A stretch of 60,736 nt of DNA, filler included, from Basidiobolus ranarum (Eukaryota), in NCBI GenBank assembly GCA_040143965.1. It is 4 parts of 4 records of this genome, joined end to end, with 100 filler letters (N's around TTAATTAATTAA, not from the genome) between each part and the next. Parts side by side here need not be neighbours in the genome. Positions count along the whole stretch, not along the records: positions 45,658 to 60,736 come from JASJQH010007270.1; 3 more parts are not named here. One strand, 5' to 3'. Every line of letters starts with the position of its first letter. Positions within the stretch are counted from its first letter, which is position 1. Made by a program: the position numbers and the translations under genes. The notes under the pieces were generated by a model. The model had not been told where the DNA came from, did no database searches, and saw only the letters and a list, made by a program, of their open reading frames with translations. Shown piece after piece: positions 51,327-60,736 of this stretch.

Positions 51327-51696
51327 GATTTTATTTGTTGAAAGGAGGCAATTTGGGGTTTTTGATTGTATTTACTGGAGAATATTGGAGAGTTATATAG
51401 TCACGGTTGATCATGTTAATCAGTTGACATTGGATTAATTAGTAACTGAGATTACATCATTATTTTTTCACATCTGTATATACACCAATCATGACTGGAA
51501 TACCCTACGCAAATCGACATTAGAACAAAGCTACTATATGAGGGTAATTTCATTTTAACATCACAAAAGTGATTTGAAATGAATTTCTATATAAATATCT
51601 ATATATACAGATGGATGCCAACGGTTTTACAAACATATCAACATTCCTATCCTCGACAAGTCACTTCTCACTTCAATATCTACTTCATCACCCAAA

Positions 51697-51955
51697 ATAG
51701 ATAAATTCAATGGTAACATCAAGTCAGCCTCTGGAGCCGTCAATGAAAATGTCGGTAGTGCTTTTGGTAACGAACAAATGCAAGCAGAAGGAAAGGCCGG
51801 AAGGGCCGAAGGTAATACTGAATACAAGAAAACTCAGGCTGAGGGTTACGCTCAAGGTGCCGGTTGGCAGTGCAGTTGGAAACGAACAAATGGAAGCTGA
51901 AGGCAAAACCAGCCGTGTTAAAGGCGAGGCTCGTATGGAAGCCAATTCCAATTAG
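51697..51955 (+). pseudogene. CsbD/Hmp1-like pseudogene (J)
   Basis: ATG mutated to ATA and a 32-nt deletion after CAAGGTGCC (259 nt versus 291). Confidence 0.88.
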
Positions 51956-52889
51956 TTAGAGAGCTAGTAATTACTTGTAACTAAAATGAACACGTATTAA
52001 TGAACTCGAATTACTTATCGCTCAATATATAAATATAGTACTATATATATACTGATATTAATACAGGTTCAGTTGTTAGTAATGTGAATTAGATTTTGAG
52101 ATAATACATTTGCGAAACTATTCTACGTACCTATCAAAGTATATGAATAGGAACTGATATATATGTAGTGCATTTGAAGATGGTTATCAGGATTACTACG
52201 GAAGTTGCGCTAATGTTTAGATGTATCACTGAAAATATCCTGGTGGCATACTCATATGCCACCAGCGTTATGAGGAGCAGTTCAAATATTAACTTAGGGC
52301 GATGTGCTGTGTAGTGTGTCAATTAAGCGAGGGCTGGAAACAAATACATTTGAGTATTTTAAATGCTGAAATCACTACACAGTATTGTGGCCGATGTAAT
52401 ATATCTCTTTACAAAGCAGAAGCAGAGCAAGTTGACATTGATTTGAAAATAAACTAAATTGAACAATGAAACTACTCTCTTTAGGTTGTATATTTATTTA
52501 CTACGATAGTAAATTTGCGTGCGCATTTTAGAATGCGGAAATATAACATATGTGTCTACATTTTGCACGTTTCCTAGACCACAAGAATTTGATATGATCT
52601 GACTAGTGTGCTTGACGAAAAATTATTTGGATTGCTCCTCATCTGAACTAGCATCTTCAAAAAAATATCAAAGTATCATTTTTAATACTTAATGGGCATT
52701 ACACTCCACTAATACCACCAGATTTGTGTGCGTGACTTATCATGACATTGACTCAGAGAATTAACTTATTTACCGTATCTTATTCATTAAGTTTGTAGCA
52801 AAAGTCATAAGAATATTTATAATACTAGTATTACTAGTAATACGGAATATGCAATTTTTTTATTTACAGGGTAGAAAAACTCAAGATCA

Positions 52890-53180
52890 TTAATTAGAAT
52901 TGGCTTCCATACGAGCTTCCCCTTTGACTCTGCTCGCTTTTCCTTCAGCTTCCATTTGTTCATTTCCAACGGCACAACCGACTGTGTTTTTGACATTTCC
53001 CTTTAATTTCTCACTAGCACCTTGAGCATATCCTTCAGCTTGAGCTTTCTTGTATTCAGCATTTCCCTCGGCTCTTCTGGCCTTTCCTTCCGCTTGCATT
53101 TGCTCGTTTCCGATAGCACTGCCAATATTCTCCTTGATGGCACCAGAAGTTGACTTGACGTTAGCATTGAATTTATCCAT
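52890..53180 (-). CDS. CsbD/Hmp1-like hydrophilin, 96 aa (copy K)
   Basis: Intact ORF. Confidence 0.9.
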   Translation of the reverse strand: MDKFNANVKSTSGAIKENIGSAIGNEQMQAEGKARRAEGNAEYKKAQAEGYAQGASEKLKGNVKNTVGCAVGNEQMEAEGKASRVKGEARMEANSN

Positions 53181-53538
53181 AATTTGATTGTTGAGAGTAG
53201 GCTGTGTGAGTTTGTTGATTGAACTTAATGGAGATTGCCACCGAGTTATATAGTCGCGGTTGATCATGTTAACCCAATGACGATTGATCAATTAGTAACT
53301 GAGATTTCATCATTATTTGCTCATATCCATGTATACGTTACTGATGATAAGAATACCTTATATAAATTGACATCAGAACAAAAGTACTATATTGAGTTGA
53401 TTAAATTTTATGTCATTAAAATTAATACCGCAAAACCCCGGATATAAAAACCAGTCGTTATTCAGATACTCTACAAAGACACCAACATCTTCATTCGCAA
53501 CAAACCAATCCGCACTGAACAATTTATTATCATCCATT

Positions 53539-53829
53539 ATGGACAAATTCAACGCCAACGTGAAGTCAACCTCCGGAGCCATCAAAGAAAAATTCGGCAG
53601 CGCTATCGGAGACGAACAAATGCAAGCTGAAGGAAAGGCCAGAAGAGCCGAGGGCAATGCTGAATATAAGAAAGCTCAGGCTGAAGGCTATGCTCAAGGC
53701 GCTGGTGAGAAGCTTAAAGGAAATATCAAGAATACAGTTGGCTGCGCAATAGGAAACGAACAGATGGAGGCTGAGGGTAAAGCTGGTAGGGTTAAGGGAG
53801 AGGCTCGTATGGAAGCCAATTCCAATTAA
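53539..53829 (+). CDS. CsbD/Hmp1-like hydrophilin, 96 aa (copy L)
   Basis: Intact ORF with local changes (KEKFG, GDEQ). Confidence 0.9.
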   Translation: MDKFNANVKSTSGAIKEKFGSAIGDEQMQAEGKARRAEGNAEYKKAQAEGYAQGAGEKLKGNIKNTVGCAIGNEQMEAEGKAGRVKGEARMEANSN

Positions 53830-54238
53830 CTAGTAACGTTGCTATTAATTTGTAAATAAACTAAATGAAACATTGAAAATTGAAATCAATCCGGTTTGAT
53901 TATACATTATTATGGTGGCAAATTATGCACAAATTAGAGTGCGGGAATATAATATATTTCTTCATGTATCCATACACATTTTGAATATCAGTTTCCATCA
54001 GTAGTTGAACCAGTGTCTTGGGAAATACACCACCATAAGTAGCCATGCTTCATGTTTGATACTTTCAGGATATAGAATAAATGCAAGCGTAAGTCATGTA
54101 CAAATGACGATGCAACCTCCGTTACTAATTAACCAATCGTCATTAGGTTAGCATGAACAACCGCGACTATATAACTCGGTAGTAATCTCCATTAAGTGCA
54201 ATTAACAAACTCACACAGCCCCTCTCAACAATCAAATT

Positions 54239-54544
54239 TTGGATAAATTCACTACTAACGTCAAATCAACCTCTGGTGCTGTCAACAAAAATATTGGCAG
54301 TGCTTTTAGTAATGAACTAATGCTGGCTGAAGGAAAGGACAGAAGAGTCGAGGGTAATGCTGAATACAAGATAGTCCAAGCTGAAGGCTATGCCCAGGGT
54401 GCTAGTGAGAAATTAAAGGGAAATACCAGAAACACAGTCGGCTGTGCCATTGAAAACAAACAAATGGAAGTTGAAAGAAATGCGGGCAGAGTCAAACAGG
54501 AAGCTCGTATGGAAGCCTATTTTATTAATGATCATGTTTTTTGA
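54239..54544 (+). pseudogene. CsbD/Hmp1-like decaying copy (M), derived from K
   Basis: ATG mutated to TTG, many non-synonymous changes and a shifted stop. Its upstream sequence is an inverted copy of K's leader and promoter. Confidence 0.85.
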
Positions 54545-54945
54545 AAATGAACAAAGCACATATGCTACAACACTAGGTAGTATTGTGGTGTTAAATAAGC
54601 ATGTACCTTTTATTAAATTTCAATCCAAAAGTGAGTATAAGATACAAAGCCTTTATGTTAGAGTTGTTAAGCAAATTTGTCAGAACCAACAGAGTGGTAA
54701 ACTTATTTTGGGAGAAATCAAGAAAAATAAAAATTGATCAACATATAATAAATTCATATACACAAATGTCTCTTAAGTGTAATAGAGTCCATTGCTGTTG
54801 GGGCCAATATAATAATCCACAAATCAATACTCCTTGCATTTTGGCATATATTGGAACAATCAGCTTGTTGCATCTCCATTTTACTTCATTGATTTTCAGT
54901 CAGGTCAATGCTCAAATAAAGAGTTAACTCTTTATAATAGATGGT

Positions 54946-55215
54946 AACACCTATAAAGTCATATGTAGCTTAGTATTTAGTATCCCATATTTCACCAAGC
55001 TATAACTAACTATTCTCAAATTTTTGAGGTTGTGCTACAAGCCTCAGACTATGCACACTTGTTCCTGGGACCTGTTTTAACACATTCTATATGGTAATTT
55101 GCCAACACTAGGAAAAATTATGAATGTCAACTTTCTGTTCAATAAATCAATAAGTCAAAACCTTGAACTCTTATTGTTCTCCACATCATTTCTAAAAGAC
55201 ACCTAGAACACTTAC
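54946..55215 (+). mobile_element. Decayed solo LTR, family A-related
   Basis: AACACCTATAAAGTCATATGTAGCTTAGTA...GTTCCTGGGACC...AATAAATCAATAAG matches the family-A LTR. Confidence 0.7.
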
Positions 55216-55718
55216 TAGCTATGTGCACCAATCACATACTCTCTCCCTATAAAAATTACTTTTGTATGACCTGGATTGGATCCTGTCCAAATTGATGGAA
55301 TACCATCGGTAACCATTCATAATACTGGTAATCTAGATTTTGACTGCTGTTCCAGGATTTACCCTATGGTCTCTGATGGGATGCCTGCAGTATTTCTTGT
55401 AGAAATTGTTTAACAGTAATTTAACCCTATTTACACAATCCTTATTCCAGATTACATCAGTCTCTGGCAAAATCATTTTGGTTTAGCAAGCATATATTTG
55501 ATAATTGTATATTTGGCATACCTAATTTTTATTATTATCAACATGAATATTCCAGCTGTAATAAGAGTTAAAAAGTATATTGAATTTATCTCTCATTACT
55601 TCAACAAATGCTGAATGATGACTATGCAGACTTATCTCCAAAATTTTGAAGCTTTTCCCCAAATACTAACTATTGAAAAGTTGCCATACATATTGTACTG
55701 CTTGAAACATGTACATTT

Positions 55719-56280
55719 TATTTGAGAATTTGGGAGCCTGCTGTCAATGGTTTTGAGAAAGAGAGAAACTGGTGGTGTTGGAGGATACTGACATAATGGG
55801 GGTAGGCTTTATATATGATAAAAGTGTTCAGGGATTTGGAAGGGTTTTGGACAAGATTTTGATTTGTTATATAGAGATATTCCTATTTAGAATATAGGGG
55901 CTTTTGATATATTGCTTTCTGTTTCTGATATATGTGTCATAACTAAAGCTAACTAAGATGCTGAATAAAGATTAACTATCCAAAAGGTGGTTTCCACTTA
56001 TTGATTTATTGAGTATAGAGTTGATATTTATACTTTTATCATGATGAAAACAAACCAACATGTATAATGCATTAAGGAAGGTCCCAGGAACATGTGTAGA
56101 AGGTTTGGTGCTTCTACCACAAGTTTGAAAGATCTGTATAGCTGAGAACATCTAAGTTGGCAAGAATATTCTAAGTAATTCCTCTTGAGAATAAGAGGTA
56201 ATGTCTTAGTGAAATAAAAGATAATTATATACTTGGCTATACATGTCCATATAGATGTTTAGGAAATGATAATTTCAACA
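55719..56280 (-). mobile_element. Family-A LTR interrupted by a family-B solo LTR
   Basis: 55719-55775 plus 55986-56280 align with 44872-45208 and end TTTCAACA. Confidence 0.85.
55776..55985 (-). mobile_element. Solo LTR, family B, with a 5-bp target-site duplication GGTGG
   Basis: TGTTGGA...TCCAAAA is flanked by GGTGG at 55771-55775 and 55986-55990. Its reverse complement matches both ends of 60190-60506. Confidence 0.88.
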
Positions 56281-57189
56281 CATTTAGCAAATAATAGGGT
56301 TGGATTTGTTTATGATTGTATCTGAAAAACAATCCTTCAAATTCCCTCACAAGCTGCTCATAGAGCAACTGAATTTAAACAAGTCTGCAGTGGTCAATGA
56401 GTATCTAAAAATCATTAGCAGTATCTACAAAGAGTTCTCTAGGCTTCAGTGTATAATGGGCAAGAATCTCATGAGTTTACTGCTGGATTTGTTGCATACC
56501 CTATGCTTCCAGACCTTGCACTTTTATAAACTTATGCTGGTGTAAATGTTGCTTGAGAATTACATCAAATATGGTTGAGTTTGGATTTGCTCAATTAGTG
56601 CACCTCTTGTAGGGAATTCTCTTAACATTCAAAGGCTTTCTGATGGTCAAACATACCTGTATATCACTGTGTCATCACAATGGATATGATATTAAATAGA
56701 GGATGCACAATGCTAAACAGAAAAATTTCTATCAAGTTAATTTGTTGCCTCTCAGTTATGCTCAAAGAAATTGATTAAAACCAGTTCTATGCTCTGTTTG
56801 ATACTTTCTTCAAAGTCTACACCTGTCTTAGCTCAAAGACATGTGTCAAAAGGAATAATGCTTCCTTGTTTGATATAGGTTGACACATCAAACTATTGTT
56901 TCTGAAGACAAGGAGAATGTCATCTTTCTTTCAGAGGTGATGATTTAGTTGCTGATGTGTGAATGATATTCCATCTGAGAATGTTTTTGATATACACCAC
57001 CTTGCCTCTATAAAGACTCAAGATTATGATTGTTACTAATTGAAATGATTGGCAAGTTCTGCAAGCCCTGTAGTATATGTACATGTTTAGGAGGTATTGT
57101 TAAACTTTGAATGTGGGTAGATTAGAGCCAATCTAAGCAATGGACCTTTTAGTGAGTTTCTGTAGATTGCATCACAACTGGTTCAAGTG

Positions 57190-60189
57190 CTAAAACTGCC
57201 AACAAGGTATGGAAAGCCTTGAAAGACACCTACCAAACAAGCTCTGCTCCAACAAGATGTTTCTAAGAAGACAATTCTTTAACTTAAAGATACAGCCATG
57301 AGAAGACATTAAATCACTAGTTAACAGAGTCTCTATTTTAGTGGATGAAATGGAATGAATTGGAGTACCTACCACCAATTAAGATATCATAGTCATAGTC
57401 CTTAATAGCATGCCACACAAGTTTCAGAGCCTTGTAATGGCTCTAGAATCAAGAACTGAAAATTTGACCTTAAATTATGTATTTGGCCAACCTCTGGATG
57501 AGGATTTATGCAAATCAGGATCCAACCAAAAGAATGAAGAAAATGCTTTATGGGCTATGGGAAACCTTCCTATAAAGATCAAAAGCACTTTAAGAAGAAA
57601 AGTGACACATCCTATGAATACTGTAAAAGAACTGGCCATTTAAGAAAAGATTACTTTAAAAGAATGGCAAAAGAAGAAAAACATACTAAATCTGGAAATG
57701 TGATTACAACAGAAGATCACCTGTTTATATCTGCTCTATTTAAGACTACCAACAAGGATTCTCAGATACTATATACTGATTCTGGAGCTTCCTAACATTT
57801 CACAAATGAAAAACATTGGTTTGTGGAATATGAAGAAATCCCAATTAGAAAGGTTTTCATGGGAGATGACTGCACATTGGATGCTTTTGGAATGGGATCT
57901 ATTCAAGTCAATTTAAGTGGAGCTTCTGAAGAGATAGTATATACTTTTAAGGATGTACTACATGTTCCAGACATTGCCAAGAGTTTAATATCTGCATGCA
58001 AGGCCACCTCAGAAGGGCTAAAATTCAATTTTGATAAGTCAGGATGAACCATCACTAATTAAAATAGGAATTATTGTGCTTTAGGAGAAAAGTATCAAAA
58101 CTTATACAAACTTATATATAGTCCAATAGGTTTATGTGTAAATATAAGTTATTCCAATCAAGAAACCATTCAATTATGGCATAAGAGGTTTGGCCATGTT
58201 GAATTTGATTATTTGATCAAAATGGTCAAAAATTGCCTAATTTCTGGAATTCAAATTAACCCTCAACCAAAATGGAAATTTGTGAGGGTTGTTTATATGG
58301 AAAACAAGCCAGGTAACTGTTCAAGAGCTCTGGTTTAATCAAATTTGTCAAAAAGTTGAATCTAATTCATTCAGATTTGTGTGGACCTATGCAAAATTTA
58401 TCTTTAGGTTGAAAAAGATATTCAATCACATTTGTTGATTATTATACAAGATACACTTGACTCTACTTTATGGAAAGAAAAGAAGAAGCTCTCTTTATCT
58501 TCAGAGATTTTAAAACATTTGTGGAGACTGGAACTGGAACTGAAATCAAGAAAATACATACTGATAAGGGTGGAGAATATGCTTCAATACTCTTTAAGCA
58601 CTTTTGCAAAATTCACAAAATTAAGCAAGAAACTACTGTCACCAATTCACCTCAACACAATGAAGTTACTGAAAGAGCTAACAGGACTATAAGAGAAATG
58701 GCAAGATCCATGATAAAGGCTCAAAATTTATCTCATACCTTTTGGGTAGAATCTGTTGCTACAGCTGTATATCTGAGGAATAAGAGTTTTACTAGAAGTC
58801 TGTCTAGCTATGCACCATATCAAGCTTGGTTTGGAGTTAAACACAATGTCAAACATTTGAGGATCTTTGGATGCATTGCTTACGTCAGAATTAAGACCAA
58901 AAATTGATCTAAATTTGATCCAAAAAGTAAGAAATGCATATTTCCAGGTTATTGTACTTAAACTAACACCTACAGACCCTATGATACCAAAATTTCCAAG
59001 TTAATCAAGTCCAAGAATGTTTTGTTTAATCAAAACGTAAAATTTTCACCCAAAATGAAATCAAATGATGATAAAAATCAATTTTCTCCTGATCCAATCA
59101 TTCAAATTCATTCAAACCAAACCAACAAAGAAAATAATATTCATGTGGACCCTATAACCAAAATTTTGCCGATTTAAATGCCCAATACAATGCCAGAAGT
59201 TGCAGTACCTTCATCCCAAACCAGGAGATCAAATTGGATCAGAAATAGCCTTGATTACTATATCACTGAGTTCCAAGATTAGGCCTGTGCCTATATAGCT
59301 CAAATACATGAGCCCCAGACTGTAAAAGAGGCCCTGAATGGCCCTCATTAAAATTTTGGTGATCTGCGATGGCTGATGAGTTTCAGGCTTTGACTGATGA
59401 TCAAACTTGGACATTAACCAACTTACCAGCTGATAGAAAATCAATGGCTGTCAATGGGTGTTTAAAGTTAAATACAACTCTGATGGAAATATAGAAAGGT
59501 ACAAGGCTAGACTAGTTGCCAAAGGCTATTCCAAAACATCAGGAATAGATTATACAGAAACTTTTGCTCCTGCAGCAAAGTTTAATTTGATTAGATTGAT
59601 TTTAGCAATTACAGCTAAATATCAGTTTATTGTACATCAAATGGATGTTAAATCTGCTTTTTTGTATGGTGAGCTTGCTGAGGAGATCTGTTGGACCAGC
59701 CAGACCATTTTTTTGGACCCAGAAAGCCCTAAAAAAGCTTGCAGACTCCAGAAAACACTCTGTGGCTTAAAACAATCTCCTCAAGCTTTAAAGAGCAAGA
59801 TAGATGCTTATTTTGGAAACACTAAAATTTCAAAAGAGTAATGCTGACTATAGTATCTACTTCAGGCCAGATAAGACAAGCCCAGTTTCATTACCCTTAT
59901 ATGTAGATGACCTTATTATAGCAACCAATGACTTAAAGACTTTGGAGAAAAGCAAATCCACCTTATCTGCCAAATTCAAAATGACTGATCTTGGTGAACT
60001 GATGTTTTATCTTCAAATCCAAATAAGATATATAGAACTACCAAGACAACAACTTCAGACCAGTCTAAGTATATCCTAGATATACTAAGGAAGTTTAAAA
60101 TGGAAGAATGTAATCCAGTATCTACCACAATGGAGGCAAATCTAAACTTGACTAAAAATGGCTCAAAACAGATGTTATTGGATTCAAAT
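57190..60189 (+). mobile_element. Degenerate Ty1/copia retrotransposon body (gag, PR, INT, RT)
   Basis: Domains in copia order: Zn-knuckle remnant YCKRTGHLRKDY, protease DSGAS, LWHKRFGHV, integrase HSDLCGPM/IHTDKGGEY/ERANRT, and RT RYKARLVAKGY, QMDVKSAFL, YVDD. Many stops and frameshifts. Confidence 0.95.
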
Positions 60190-60628
60190 TGTTGGATAAT
60201 TAATCTGTATTCAACATCATAGTTAACTTTAGTTATGATACATATATCATAAACATAAAGCAACATATTTATAGCATCTATATTCTAAATAGGAATATCT
60301 CTGTATCTATATAAGAAGTATGTCTTATTACCCCCACTTATCTATTATATCTTATTACACAAAGTCCTGAATATCTCAAATAATTGATTTACTTTTCTAC
60401 TATAAAAGTCACCATATACTCTTAAGAATAAAGTAACAAAAGCACACTATCATAAGTTGCTTCTAATACTGAAAGTCTATCACCATTATGTCAAGATCCT
60501 CCAACATGGTAGCAGCAAGTGAATTAGAGTCTTCTTTCCAAAAGAGATTACTAACATTCCAACATTCAATGGGGAAGATTTCCATGAATGGAAATTCAAG
60601 ATGCAACTTGTGCTTGAAGGGAAACATC
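60190..60628 (+). mobile_element. 5' end of a second copia element (family B): LTR 60190-60506, PBS, gag start
   Basis: TGTTGGA...TCCAACA, then TGGTAGCAG (iMet-type primer-binding site), then IPTFNGEDFHEWKFKMQLVLEGKHL (copia gag N-terminus). It is inserted in the RT of the previous element. Confidence 0.88.
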
Positions 60629-60736
60629 TCAGAGGATGTAAATATAGTGTTAAGGGGCAAAGGTGGTAAGCAGAAAGGAAGGTACTCAGTGCAAACCAGA
60701 TGGACAATAGGACAAAAACCTGGAATAATGGGAATT
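60629..60736 (+). mobile_element. Repeat element (CAGAGGATGTAAATA family) inserted in the family-B gag
   Basis: Near-identical to 14889-14995. Confidence 0.65.

Noticed and set aside
47386-53657. Antisense and alternative-frame ORFs over CsbD copies, and long N-terminal extensions in the ORF track
   Set aside because: They are shadows of the repeated coding sequence. The shared start is MDKF, and the extensions run into leader or TATA sequence.
45658-54544. CsbD copies as an assembly duplication artefact
   Set aside because: The copies differ at many synonymous sites, have distinct UTRs and carry independent inactivating lesions.
55719-56280. Family-A LTR as the 5' LTR of the 57190-60189 copia
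   Set aside because: Its orientation, set by the PPT at 45209, is opposite to the copia ORFs, and no PBS follows it.

Overview
Eukaryotic, intron-bearing, AT-rich DNA from a fungus, most plausibly an early-diverging lineage; this is inferred from gene content (GDP-mannose 4,6-dehydratase, MgtA-like ATPase remnant) and short GT-AG introns. The window is four pieces (1-15147, 15248-30369, 30470-45557, 45658-60736; 15147, 15122, 15088 and 15079 bp) joined by identical 100-nt N/TTAATTAATTAA spacers in descending size order, so adjacency across gaps is probably artificial. Piece 1 is housekeeping: GYF/Smy2-like protein, SLC41 transporter, IDH2, a histone-fold protein and GMD. Piece 2 is mostly decayed genes around one intact, intronless, secreted LAS/M15-like Zn-peptidase candidate with two dead paralogues, plus an MgtA-like remnant, a frameshifted secreted MBL-fold gene and a tRNA-Pro relic. 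Piece 3 has an atypical SDR, an ABCB/MDR exporter, an MFS sugar porter and a copia 3' end. Piece 4 has a ~9-kb array of at least 13 CsbD/Hmp1-like gene copies (7 intact) in head-to-head cassettes with a conserved UGUAAAUA 3' motif, followed by nested Ty1/copia elements. No database searches were run; all family calls come from motif recognition.
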